From a virus, in IMG/VR virus record IMGVR_UViG_3300031257_000001, positions 32,001 to 96,000 of that record: 64,000 bases of DNA; one strand, written 5' to 3'. This document shows positions 20,466-30,501 of this stretch, one piece after another (position 1 is the stretch's first letter; each line of letters starts with the position of its first letter). Below the pieces are notes generated by a model. That model saw only the letters and a list, made by a program, of their open reading frames with translations, did not search any database and was not told the origin of the DNA. The translations under genes were made by a program, and so were the position numbers.

Positions 20466-21454
20466 TGGGCGTCATCCGCGAAACATACCTGGCCACTGTC
20501 TCGACCAACGATGACCCCGAGAAGCGCGGACGCATCAAGGTGCTGTGCACGCAACTGATGGGAAGTGAGGATGAGGAATGCCCTGTTTGGGTGGATCCCA
20601 TCTTCGATTGGGGCTGGTTCGTCATCCCGGACCCGGGAGAGATTGTCGAAGTGGAGGTGTCCACTGGCTCGACCGAGGACGAGCAACTGGGCCAATTCTC
20701 CATCGACAATCTCGACATCCGGTGGCGTCAAACTCGTGAGTATGGCAACGAGGAAGCTGAAGAGGACAGCTTGAAGCGCCCCATTCCGGAGGACTTCACA
20801 TCCACCAACTATGGCAAGCGTCGTGGCTTCGCCACGCCGTTGGGCCATCTCATCATGTTCGATGACACACCCGATGATCCCAAGCTGTCGATCTCGTGGA
20901 TCGATGGCGACAGCGATGACCCAACCTACGCGTTCTTAACGTTTGACAAGCAGGGCGTGAAGCTCGCTTCCAAGCCGCATGGCGACGATAAGGTTCAGCA
21001 CTGCCTGTTCTTCAACCACGAAACTGGTGAGATTTCAATCATCGATTCGACCGGCAACTCTATCAGCACGATGCCGAACGGGATCAAGATTGTAGCTGCC
21101 AAGGATGGCGCGAGCGACGCCAACATCGAAGTCAAGAATGACGGCGTGATCCAGATCCTGGGCGGGAAGCAGGTGACGGTGTCGTCTGGATCCATTCAAT
21201 TGGACGCCGGGCTTCCAGGAGCTGTGCTGCTTGGATCTGGTCCTGCTACTGCTATCGTTGATCAAGCTATCAAAGGGACTTCGTTCCATGCACTGCTGAC
21301 TCCGTTGTGGACTGCTATGGCAGCAGGCGCAGCAGGCGGTGGTTTGATTACGCCTGCACAGGTAATGGCATGGTGCAACGCAGTGGCAGTAGCCGCTGTC
21401 ACCGCAGTGGCAGGGTTGGCTACCACCCTAAGCACTGATGTGAAGTTGAAATGA
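20465..21454 (+). CDS. Baseplate central spike (gpV/gp5 OB-fold)
   Basis: DDPEKRGRIKV, GWFVIP..GE.V.V and TP.GH.I.FDD motifs. Confidence 0.85.
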   Translation: MGVIRETYLATVSTNDDPEKRGRIKVLCTQLMGSEDEECPVWVDPIFDWGWFVIPDPGEIVEVEVSTGSTEDEQLGQFSIDNLDIRWRQTREYGNEEAEEDSLKRPIPEDFTSTNYGKRRGFATPLGHLIMFDDTPDDPKLSISWIDGDSDDPTYAFLTFDKQGVKLASKPHGDDKVQHCLFFNHETGEISIIDSTGNSISTMPNGIKIVAAKDGASDANIEVKNDGVIQILGGKQVTVSSGSIQLDAGLPGAVLLGSGPATAIVDQAIKGTSFHALLTPLWTAMAAGAAGGGLITPAQVMAWCNAVAVAAVTAVAGLATTLSTDVKLK

Positions 21455-21780
21455 GATCACGTTGTGCATTCCCACCATTCCCACCAACCATCAGCCTCCC
21501 CATCCCCATCCCAGGACTCCCGCAGATCCCTGCGATCCCTACGCTACCCATCCCGCCATTCGGTGTGGCAGTCAAGTTCCCACCAACCATCAGCCTCCCC
21601 ATCCCCATCCCAGGACTCCCGCAGATCCCTGCGATCCCTACGCTACCCATCCCGCCATTCGGTGTGGCAGTCAAGTTCCCACCAACCATCAGCCTCCCCA
21701 TCCCCATCCCAGGACTCCCGCAGATCCCTGCGATCCCTACGCTACCATTCTTCCCCCCATTGTGCCCCATCGATCCTTGA
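21451..21780 (+). CDS. Proline-rich small protein made of a 33-aa repeat
   Basis: ATG overlaps the spike stop; FPPTISLPIPIPGLPQIPAIPTLP repeated three times; Cys near both ends. Confidence 0.6.
   Translation: MRSRCAFPPFPPTISLPIPIPGLPQIPAIPTLPIPPFGVAVKFPPTISLPIPIPGLPQIPAIPTLPIPPFGVAVKFPPTISLPIPIPGLPQIPAIPTLPFFPPLCPIDP
21478..21746 (+). repeat. 99-bp tandem repeat, about 2.7 identical copies
   Basis: Units start at 21478, 21577 and 21676. Confidence 0.95.
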
Positions 21781-21789
21781 GGTTGTGCC

Positions 21790-22191
21790 ATGCCGACAGG
21801 ACTAGCTGTACCAGGACGAACCAACACCGGCGGCGGAATGCTCGTGAGCCGGACGGAAGACCAGGATCAGAGCATCATCAAGCTCGCCCTCGGTGATGAC
21901 TTCAGCGACAACCCATTCCAGGTGGGAATCGGCCTTGGGATTGGGCATGTCTTTGGTGTGAACGATCCAGCGTTACGTGCATTGATCATGTCCAGGCTCA
22001 TCCCCATGTTCAAGCGATTTGAAGCATTGAAGCGTTTCAAGCTCCGGACGGAAACGCTTCAATGGGAGGAAGGTGAGGAAGGTGGGCCCGTCCTCAGCTT
22101 CAAGTACGTCAACTTGGAGACGGATGAAGAGCGCGACTTCAGGCGTAGCCTCCGCCAGGCGAGCGGAGCCATTAACCCAGGGACGGTGTAG
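21790..22191 (+). CDS. Baseplate wedge protein (gp25/gpW-like)
   Basis: Size, position and G.G.VF..N motif. Confidence 0.65.
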   Translation: MPTGLAVPGRTNTGGGMLVSRTEDQDQSIIKLALGDDFSDNPFQVGIGLGIGHVFGVNDPALRALIMSRLIPMFKRFEALKRFKLRTETLQWEEGEEGGPVLSFKYVNLETDEERDFRRSLRQASGAINPGTV

Positions 22192-22193
22192 AC

Positions 22194-24371
22194 ATGGCCG
22201 GGACCCAGATTGAGATTCCCAGTTTCAACTTTGCGGCATTCTTCTATCCGCAAATCTTGGAGTCATTGCTAGTCTTCAAGCGGCAGAACGTCCCTGAGCT
22301 CACCGACGAAAGTGAGTTTGAGCCGTCCATCCAGCTGCTCCGTGCGTTCGCGCTGGTCGGGCACTTGAACAACGTGTTGGCGGACATGATCGCCAACGAG
22401 AGCACCTTGCCCACGGCGAAGCTCCCTGAGACCGTGCGCAACATGCTCCGCCTCATCGACTTCGAGTTGCGCCCGGCGACTCCGGCCGCGGTGGAAGTGA
22501 TCTTGGATCTCTCACGGGTGTTCACCGTGTCTCGGCAGGTGGTCCCGGAGCGAGCCCAGTATGCCACGCGCCGGACCGAAGGCGACAACGTCATCATCTA
22601 CTTCGAGTCGCTGTCATCGCTGACCATCGATCGCACAGATGAGTTCACGGCCGTTCTGGCCACCCCGGACGGAACCACCTTCACAGACTACACGACCCAG
22701 GCGAATACCGGGACCACGTTCACTCCGTGGACCGCGCCGGCGCCCGGCGGTGCCATCTACTTTGGACACGCACAAGTCCAGCACAACCGGCTCGACCTGG
22801 ACGTGATCACTGCCCCTGGCGAGATCACGAATGCGGTGTGGGAGTTCTTTGACGGCGACTACCGCGATGTGGCACCCGATACCATGATCAACGTCGGTGG
22901 GGGCGTGCTTCGCTTCAACATCAACGACCTCCTGGGCGATCAGAACCGGGCCGGCGCGGAAGTGCGTGTCCAACTCAACGAAACCACGACAAGCGAGACG
23001 GCCACGAGCCAGTGGGACGGATCCAACAACTATGTGGAGACCAACCTTCTGGGGCAGGCGTCGCCCTCCACCGATGCGGTCGACTACACGGTGGGCGTCC
23101 AGTGGCAAGAGTTGGACAACGTCAATGACGAGACGCAACTGCTGGGCCAGACCGGCACGAATCTTGTGGAATTCGATCTGCCGCAGAACGAGCTGCGCGC
23201 ATGGCGCGCGACCGAGGTGGACGGCGTGGAGTCATTCTGGCTCCGCCTGCGGATCGTGGAAACGTCCGGAGCAGCACAGGTCCAACTGGGTCGAATCCGC
23301 ATGGATGAGGGCGACCAGTACGTGATGACGGAGGCGATCCAGGGACGTTCCATCATCGCTGAAACATTGGGGTCGAGCAACGGCGACGCCAACCAGCGCT
23401 TCCCGACCACGTCCAACGCCTTCATCCTGAACTCGCAGACGCTTCGCGTGGATTCCGAGGTTTGGGTGCAGGTGGAGAACTTCCTGTCATCGAGGCCACA
23501 AGACAAGCACTATGTGGTGGAGCTTGGCCAACGGGACCGAGCCACCATCGTGTTTGGCGACGGCGTGAACGGACGCATCCCAGACGTTGGCCAGGGCAAC
23601 ATCGAGATGGACTACAGGTTCGGCGCTGCCGATGACGGCAACGTGGGCGCCCGGACTGTAACCGTGGACAAGACAGGCCTGACCTTCATCAACGGATTGT
23701 TCAATCCACGCCCCGGCGCCGGCTGGGCAGAGGCGCAGTCTGATTCACCGGCGAGCCTGGAAAAGGCAAAGGTGGAGGGGCCGGCGAGTTTGCGCGCCAG
23801 AGAGGTGGCGATCAGCCCGACCGACATGGAACAGATGGTCACAAGATTCGTCCAGGAGGATGGATCTAGCCCGTTCAGCCGGGCCGTTGCAATTGAAGAG
23901 GGTTTCGGCCCCAAGACCGTGGAGTTGGTTGTGGTGGCCCGAGGCGGAGGACAGGCGACCGGGGGGCAGCTGGAAGCGCTCGACACATTCTTCAACGGCG
24001 ACCCGACCGCCGTGCCGCCGCTTCCCAAGCGCATGGTCGCCAACCAAGAAGTCACCAGCGTCAACTTTGATCCGGAACCCATCAACGTTGAAGCAATCGT
24101 GACGGCCCCGGCCAACATCACGGCAGCGCAAGTTCGCAACCAGCTTGCCGCCATCCTTCAGCCGGAAGCGATCAAGGAAGATGGCGTGACTTTTGTGTGG
24201 GTGTTCGGCGCTGAGATCCCGCGGAGCCGCATCATCCACGAGATATTCGAGACTGACCCGACCATCGGGAAGGTGGTCCTCAACGTGCCAGCGACTGACA
24301 CACAGCTCCAAAGGCGGCAACTTCCCGCCAACGGGACGTTCACAATCACGATGGTGGAGGCAACAAGCTAA
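22194..24371 (+). CDS. Baseplate J-like wedge protein
   Basis: ANES.LPTA, LGSSNGDANQRF, I.FGDGVNGRIP and RE.AIS..D motifs. Confidence 0.88.
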   Translation: MAGTQIEIPSFNFAAFFYPQILESLLVFKRQNVPELTDESEFEPSIQLLRAFALVGHLNNVLADMIANESTLPTAKLPETVRNMLRLIDFELRPATPAAVEVILDLSRVFTVSRQVVPERAQYATRRTEGDNVIIYFESLSSLTIDRTDEFTAVLATPDGTTFTDYTTQANTGTTFTPWTAPAPGGAIYFGHAQVQHNRLDLDVITAPGEITNAVWEFFDGDYRDVAPDTMINVGGGVLRFNINDLLGDQNRAGAEVRVQLNETTTSETATSQWDGSNNYVETNLLGQASPSTDAVDYTVGVQWQELDNVNDETQLLGQTGTNLVEFDLPQNELRAWRATEVDGVESFWLRLRIVETSGAAQVQLGRIRMDEGDQYVMTEAIQGRSIIAETLGSSNGDANQRFPTTSNAFILNSQTLRVDSEVWVQVENFLSSRPQDKHYVVELGQRDRATIVFGDGVNGRIPDVGQGNIEMDYRFGAADDGNVGARTVTVDKTGLTFINGLFNPRPGAGWAEAQSDSPASLEKAKVEGPASLRAREVAISPTDMEQMVTRFVQEDGSSPFSRAVAIEEGFGPKTVELVVVARGGGQATGGQLEALDTFFNGDPTAVPPLPKRMVANQEVTSVNFDPEPINVEAIVTAPANITAAQVRNQLAAILQPEAIKEDGVTFVWVFGAEIPRSRIIHEIFETDPTIGKVVLNVPATDTQLQRRQLPANGTFTITMVEATS

Positions 24372-24799
24372 TGTCCATTACCAATGCAACCGCGAATGCC
24401 GCGCTGGACAAGTTCCTGGGCCAACCCATCTCGGGCGGAGGGCTTTGGCCGTCAACTGTGTACATCGGTTTGCTCCTCGCAGAGCCCAATCCAGACGGCA
24501 GCGGGGTGGTCGAGCCCTCCGGCGGTCTTGCGTACTCACGCCCGGGCGTCACCAACTCAATAGCCGAGTGGCCTGGCGCCACATCGCGCCAGAAGACACA
24601 CGCCAGCGACATCGTGTTTCCGCAGGCCATCGGCGGCAACTGGGGAACCATCACCCACGTGGGGATCTTTGACGCCGCTTCCGGAGGTAGCCTCTTGGCC
24701 TACGGGCCGCTTCAGACTGCTCGCCCTGTCAACGAAACTGACATCTTCAGGTTCATGGCAGGATTCGCTCCGCTGACACTCACATTCCCGGCTAGCTGA
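24371..24799 (+). CDS. Small tail/baseplate protein
   Basis: VYIGL...EP.G..Y.R...FP.A...WGTITHVGIFDAASGG motif common in phage tail proteins. Confidence 0.7.
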   Translation: MSITNATANAALDKFLGQPISGGGLWPSTVYIGLLLAEPNPDGSGVVEPSGGLAYSRPGVTNSIAEWPGATSRQKTHASDIVFPQAIGGNWGTITHVGIFDAASGGSLLAYGPLQTARPVNETDIFRFMAGFAPLTLTFPAS

Positions 24800-27357
24800 T
24801 GGCATTCATCGACGAACCAGCAACGATCACCATCCAGCTGATCAGCAACGCGAAGGGCTCGCTGATCTTCGCGCCTGTTGGCGGCGTCGCGATGGAGATC
24901 CCGGCGACCCTGCTGACTGGCAATCTCGTTCAGCCGGTGGTGGTGGTTCGTGCCCGCGCTCTGTCTCCCAACCGTGTCCGCATCGACTTCGATGGGCCGT
25001 TGGACACCAACAGCCAATTGCTGGATCGTGAGAACTACAAGATCACGCCCACCGCCGGCGGAGCCATCGTCACCATCTTGAGCGTCCACGAGCCTTCCAG
25101 CGCATCACCTCTGTTCATCGAGTTGGAAGTCACCGAGATGACGGACGGCTCGGCATACGAGGCCATTGTCAACGACGGCTCCACAGACCCGGTGACCTCG
25201 GATAGCGTCCCAGTCACCTCCACGCCCGAAGCGTTCACAGGGCTCGGTGAAATCCCATTTGTGCTGTTGGTCATCGCGGCTTCCGAGACCACAGCAGAGG
25301 TGCGCTTCAGCGAGACCATGCGAGCGTTCGGTGACATCACGGACCCGAGCAGCTACAGCTTTGACTTGGGTCTAATCGTGGAGGAAGTGCTACTGGTGTC
25401 CGGAAGCACGGTGACGCTTCAGACTTCAGCACAGAACCCGGGAACGCTGTACACGGCAACCATCACCGGGTCATTCGAGGATGGCTCAAAGAACCCACTG
25501 GTGGTACCGGCCACCAGCCCGATGCTAGGGTTTGTCGAGGGGTTGCCCGATCCGGAGGCGTTGAACCTCCGCATGTACAACTTCCTGATCCAGGGGATGC
25601 GCAACGAGGACCAGCGCGTGGGCGAGCAGTTCTGGGAGCGCTACCTGGAGGGTCCGCAAGTCAGCTGGAAGGTCACCACGGGCGTCATCCTGGCCATCCC
25701 GCTTCTGTGGAGTGTGACCGAGATTCCAGATGAGTTCTTGCGCTACCTCAAGAACATCGTGGGGTGGACGGACGATCTGAACGCCATCACAGACGCGCTG
25801 GATTCGGCCACGCTTAGAAGGCTGATCGCCAACTCAGTGGCGTTCTGGAAAACCCGTGGAAACGAGACCAGCACAGGGGACCTCCTGCGATTGATCACCG
25901 CGGAGCGTGTGCGCATTGTCAATTGGTTCCAGCTTCGGTTTATCGTGGGCGAGACGGAGCTCAGCCAGGAGTTTGAGGGGCACGATTATTGGATTACAAG
26001 ATTCCGTGATCTGGCCCGAGCGCCTGTACAGCTGTTGAACAGCATCGCGATTGTGCCGAGCGGCAGTCCTTATGTTGGAACAGTGGTGTCCAATGCGGAC
26101 GGGTTGCTATTGTTTGTGTCATCAACAGGGGCGATAGGCGACGTGCTAGTCGGTGGCAATCAAGCGTTGTTGTTGTCCAAACAGACCGCATCCGATGGAT
26201 ATGGTGAAGCTGCTGTATACTGGTATGGATCCGTAGCTGCCGGGACGCAATACACCATATTCAGCACAGATGACTTTTTTGTTGGCCAATATGAACTTGG
26301 CGGCGTTAGATCGTCGCACAGCACCATCGTCGATCTGACATCGTTCCCGGAAGGTGGTGACGAATTCACATCCACCATCCACAGTACGCAGGATGGAGAG
26401 ACTGTAGTTGTTGGATTCATTGCAAGGCGCGCTGGGGCATATGGTATCTATGTTGAAGAATCCAGCAATGTGGATGTTTTGAGCAGATCTAGCAATTCCA
26501 GCACCATAGGTGATGTTGGGGTGTTGTTGCCGCACGGCTTGGTTGGTGGCGTAACGTATGGATACACAGCTCCAAATGAATCGCTTAGGCCAAGCTATTC
26601 CACTGTTCTTATGGCAATGAGTATCCCTGGTGTTGATGCCGTCCCTAGGGAATACACATCCGGTGACGAATGTGTGTACAATGTGAGGATCGTGGATAGT
26701 GGCGATCTGAATCGTCAATTGGTCATCGACTTGCTCAAGCTGACGCGGCCGATTGGCGAGCGAATCGAGGTGGACTTTATCGCGTTCTTGGATGAGTTCA
26801 CGACGCCCGACGACAACAGCCAGTGGACGGGCAACACGACGATACAAGACGGGCATCTCACGGTGCTGACCGCGGACCCCGAGACATATGTGTCGCTGGA
26901 CCGCGCTTTCGATTGGACCAACTACGTGTTCACAGTTCGGATGCGGTGGCAAGGCGACTCGGCCGCCGTGCGGTTCTATCGCTCCGGTCCGGATGACTAT
27001 TATGAAGCGCAGCTGGACGTGGTTGCGAACACGCTCACCCTTGTCACGGTGCTCGCCGGGACCCCCACAACGCTCGCGACCGTGAATCTGGTGGACTTCG
27101 ATCTGGCGTTGCTCAATGATGTCTGGTACAGCCTCCGTGTGGAGGCATCGCCCGAAGGCACCAACGCCGTCATCAAAGTCGCCATTGATAACAATCAAAT
27201 CCTCGTGGAAGCCAACCCGGACCATGCCAACGGCTCGTTTGGGATAGTGGCCACCGGAACGCTCGCTGAATTGGACATCGCTGAGTTGTTCCTTAACCCG
27301 TTGGAATCATCTCGGATTGGACTCGGCAACGTCGTTGAGTCCAACTTTGACCTGTAA
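24799..27357 (+). CDS. Baseplate protein (P2 gpI-like) with Ig-like and lectin-like domains
   Basis: IPDEFL.YL...VGW...LRRLI......WK.RG motif; N-terminal Ig-like repeats. Confidence 0.7.
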   Translation: MAFIDEPATITIQLISNAKGSLIFAPVGGVAMEIPATLLTGNLVQPVVVVRARALSPNRVRIDFDGPLDTNSQLLDRENYKITPTAGGAIVTILSVHEPSSASPLFIELEVTEMTDGSAYEAIVNDGSTDPVTSDSVPVTSTPEAFTGLGEIPFVLLVIAASETTAEVRFSETMRAFGDITDPSSYSFDLGLIVEEVLLVSGSTVTLQTSAQNPGTLYTATITGSFEDGSKNPLVVPATSPMLGFVEGLPDPEALNLRMYNFLIQGMRNEDQRVGEQFWERYLEGPQVSWKVTTGVILAIPLLWSVTEIPDEFLRYLKNIVGWTDDLNAITDALDSATLRRLIANSVAFWKTRGNETSTGDLLRLITAERVRIVNWFQLRFIVGETELSQEFEGHDYWITRFRDLARAPVQLLNSIAIVPSGSPYVGTVVSNADGLLLFVSSTGAIGDVLVGGNQALLLSKQTASDGYGEAAVYWYGSVAAGTQYTIFSTDDFFVGQYELGGVRSSHSTIVDLTSFPEGGDEFTSTIHSTQDGETVVVGFIARRAGAYGIYVEESSNVDVLSRSSNSSTIGDVGVLLPHGLVGGVTYGYTAPNESLRPSYSTVLMAMSIPGVDAVPREYTSGDECVYNVRIVDSGDLNRQLVIDLLKLTRPIGERIEVDFIAFLDEFTTPDDNSQWTGNTTIQDGHLTVLTADPETYVSLDRAFDWTNYVFTVRMRWQGDSAAVRFYRSGPDDYYEAQLDVVANTLTLVTVLAGTPTTLATVNLVDFDLALLNDVWYSLRVEASPEGTNAVIKVAIDNNQILVEANPDHANGSFGIVATGTLAELDIAELFLNPLESSRIGLGNVVESNFDL

Positions 27358-27368
27358 GGGCCCTCCCC

Positions 27369-30300
27369 ATGACCACCGGTTCTGAATTCGTCAACATCAC
27401 TGACAAAGCAATTCTCGGTCACCTCGACATGAAGGATCGGTTTCTGGAATACCTTAAGACTGCATCCGAACTGTCGGTGAAGAGTCTGTGGAATGTGGAC
27501 GGTGTTTTCGACATCAAATTGACGTTGTCTTCGCCCGGCGCAAACCAGATTCAAGTTGACGGAGCATCGTTGATCGTGGATGGCATTGGGCATCTGTTGG
27601 ATGTGAATTCCATTTATCCAAGCAGAATTGCCAGCTTTGAAAATGCGAATGGCATCGATTACGATGTGGGATTTCACTATGCAGAGCGCCCCGTAGGGAT
27701 CCGCATCAACCCCAGGACGGGCCAACCTGAGTACGTGAAATGGCGAGAAGTCATCGGCGAACCAGCAGCGCCAAGTTCTGTAGTCGACCACGGGAACGGC
27801 ACCATCACATTCAACGTGAACAGCGTCACCGAATCTGGTGTGGACAACGCTGGACGTTTGGTGTTGGTCTACAAGAATGAGCCTGCTGAAGGTGCAACGT
27901 CTGAATCTTTGGCAATGGAAGAGCTGTTGGTTGCATATTCCGGCGGCAACAACTTGGTCACGACAAGCGGTGCTCTTGGGCAATCGTCGCCTTCCACAAC
28001 AGCATCAGACTACACAGTGATTCTGCTTGGCGTCAGCGTCAAACGGAATATCAGCTTGGAGGGGGCATCTGGTTTCATGTTCGTTGGCGTGGTGACGGGG
28101 AATGGTGGGACGCCCACTGCATTCGACAACACCAATCAACGTCTACTCAAGACGTTCCAAGACAGCACACAAGTCACCTTCACACCATACGGTTGGTTGA
28201 CGGCTGGGACTGTGCAAGGAGCATTTGAGCAGGTGGTTAGTTTGCTAGGGGCCGAGGGGACCGGCGTGGATGATGGCTCCAACAAGATTGGTTGTGATGA
28301 CGACAATTGGCACATGTACTATTCCGCTGATGGATTGGATGAAGACGGTTGGGGTGGGATAGGTGCATTGGGCGACTCTGGGCAGCCAGACGGTTGGGTC
28401 TCCGGACTATCCAACATAGACTTGGAATCTGTGATGGATCGCATTGATGCGGTCCTCCGTCAGCGTCGTCAATTCACAGGAACATTGGGTGATGACACGG
28501 TCAATTCCAGAGGGGATGTCCAACGCGATCAACCCGAAACATCAGTCGCATCCAATGGTGGATTGTGGATACTACAGAAGCTACACACGGCATCGCCAAG
28601 TCCCAAATCGTCATACCGGCTAGCAGATGGAAGTTCTGGACGGAACCCGTGGCTGATTGCTGAAACCAGTTCGGATCACCATGCAGGACACCAACGTGTC
28701 TTCCGCGCTGTGACAGACAGCGATTTGATGTTGCAGGGACGTTTTGATCGCGTCAAGATTTGCAATGAATCAACAACCATGACCCATCTGCTTCACGCAG
28801 TGGGTGGTTTGCACTTGAATGATTGTGGCATTGATTGTGGGGCCATTGATATTAACGGTTACAGAGCGGCAACTGGCAATTCCGTGACGATGCCAACTTT
28901 CAAAAGGTGCTTTTGCGGATCAGTCAATGATGCTGGAATCGGAGTTGGATACACAGCGGCTGATGCCACATTGCGTTTTTGCAACGATTACAGCAACCCA
29001 AATATGCCTCCGGGGGCCGTATTTGAGGACTGTTTGATTGAATCGCCAAACCAAGTCACGTATGATCACGCCGCCGTGGAATTCGACCAATTGACCGCGG
29101 ATTGGACGACGCTGTGGGGCGCGGACGATGATGTGTACAACGGATCAATCACGTTTCGCAGTTGTGTTTTCGTACAAAAACATCCAAATCACACACTAGT
29201 AAAGGGGCACTCATCTTGGGGTGGTTGTCAGATCGTTTTTGAGAATTGTGTGTTCATCGGTCGAAGTGATCAAGAAGCCACGTTAATTGACATCAGCGGC
29301 ATGGAGGATGTACATTTCAGGAATTGCTCCGTATTTGCTCCCAATGGCAACGTCTTGTTGGCCAGTGCAGTGAAACGTTGTTCAATCGATGGCATGTTCA
29401 TCTATTGCGACGACGGTGATGGCAGCGGCACGTCGCACCAACTGTTCACATTCCAAGGAACTGGCACTGGGTATTCCAACGATTGTCGTGTATCAAATGT
29501 GGTGTGCCAAATTGAGGGCTCCGGCGTGTTTGATGGAACCGTGAGTGTTGAATCTGCAATCACACTGACATCGTGTTACGTTGACGGTTTCAACGTTCAG
29601 GTAAATGCAGGTGAACTACCCCGTGGCAATTGGTTGAATCTTGGATACATCTCAGGTTGCAACATCAGGTGGTCCGCAGGCCCATCATGTACTGGGAGGC
29701 AAGCCGATGATTATGACGACATCTCACTCATCGGTGCCAAGGTTTCCAACCTGCAATACAAGGTTGATTGCGCCACAGAAGATGCTGGATATGCTTCATT
29801 CGTTTGCAAGATGGGTGACAACTCGACACTGCTGGATCCACAGTTCACACTGACAACGCAAGATTCCGTTGGTGACGGGTACAAAGCTACGTTTGGATTC
29901 GTGTCATCTGAATTTGCCACAATCAATGGCGGGTTCATGCATGATGCCTCAACGTATGGTAAGAAGAATTTCAGCTCTGATGGACGGTACTACTTTGAAG
30001 GGAGCGAATGGTGCGCCATCCGGAACCACTCCATCTACTCGGAGCCATCATATTTGCATGGTGCGCTAGGTTGCATCATCTCATTCAAGAGCTCATTCAG
30101 CTCACGTTGCGTTATTGATGGGAACAACATCAGATTCCCTGGGACCAGGATGGCCAATTCCAAGCATGTGCTGTATGCTGAGGCTGCTAGCTTCTGCAGC
30201 TTCTCAAACAACATGATGGAGTCCTACACCACAGGTGCCACTTCGTTTGGATCTGGCATTCTCAAATTTGACAATGCCATCAGCACAAATGGGTTGTGCC

Positions 30301-30470
30301 AAGTCATCGCCAATAACGTGAAAATGGCGGGGGCTGATGGGTACTTCATTGACATCGACTCCGGTGCGTTTTCCAACGGCATCATCAAAAACAATGTGCT
30401 GAATCATGGCGGCACAACCGTCAACGGGACACCAACGAGTAGCTACGTTTCAGATAACATCAACGTGTGA
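27369..30470 (+). CDS. Tail fibre/tailspike, C-terminal beta-helix (putative receptor-binding/depolymerase)
   Basis: Position; repeated FxxC/FENC/FRNC and IxNN beta-helix ladders; lower-GC 3' part. Confidence 0.7.
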   Translation: MTTGSEFVNITDKAILGHLDMKDRFLEYLKTASELSVKSLWNVDGVFDIKLTLSSPGANQIQVDGASLIVDGIGHLLDVNSIYPSRIASFENANGIDYDVGFHYAERPVGIRINPRTGQPEYVKWREVIGEPAAPSSVVDHGNGTITFNVNSVTESGVDNAGRLVLVYKNEPAEGATSESLAMEELLVAYSGGNNLVTTSGALGQSSPSTTASDYTVILLGVSVKRNISLEGASGFMFVGVVTGNGGTPTAFDNTNQRLLKTFQDSTQVTFTPYGWLTAGTVQGAFEQVVSLLGAEGTGVDDGSNKIGCDDDNWHMYYSADGLDEDGWGGIGALGDSGQPDGWVSGLSNIDLESVMDRIDAVLRQRRQFTGTLGDDTVNSRGDVQRDQPETSVASNGGLWILQKLHTASPSPKSSYRLADGSSGRNPWLIAETSSDHHAGHQRVFRAVTDSDLMLQGRFDRVKICNESTTMTHLLHAVGGLHLNDCGIDCGAIDINGYRAATGNSVTMPTFKRCFCGSVNDAGIGVGYTAADATLRFCNDYSNPNMPPGAVFEDCLIESPNQVTYDHAAVEFDQLTADWTTLWGADDDVYNGSITFRSCVFVQKHPNHTLVKGHSSWGGCQIVFENCVFIGRSDQEATLIDISGMEDVHFRNCSVFAPNGNVLLASAVKRCSIDGMFIYCDDGDGSGTSHQLFTFQGTGTGYSNDCRVSNVVCQIEGSGVFDGTVSVESAITLTSCYVDGFNVQVNAGELPRGNWLNLGYISGCNIRWSAGPSCTGRQADDYDDISLIGAKVSNLQYKVDCATEDAGYASFVCKMGDNSTLLDPQFTLTTQDSVGDGYKATFGFVSSEFATINGGFMHDASTYGKKNFSSDGRYYFEGSEWCAIRNHSIYSEPSYLHGALGCIISFKSSFSSRCVIDGNNIRFPGTRMANSKHVLYAEAASFCSFSNNMMESYTTGATSFGSGILKFDNAISTNGLCQVIANNVKMAGADGYFIDIDSGAFSNGIIKNNVLNHGGTTVNGTPTSSYVSDNINV

Positions 30471-30501
30471 TGCAACTCGACGCTGGTGACAAGTACAGGA
30501 T

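Noticed and set aside
21478-21746. Possible CRISPR array
   Set aside because: Contiguous identical 99-bp units without unique spacers, in-frame coding, no cas genes.
11109-27357. Extracellular contractile injection system or tailocin
   Set aside because: Flanked by head-tail joining genes and a full replication module, so a phage tail is the simpler reading.
27369-30470. Diversity-generating retroelement target
   Set aside because: No reverse transcriptase and no template/variable repeat pair seen in the window.
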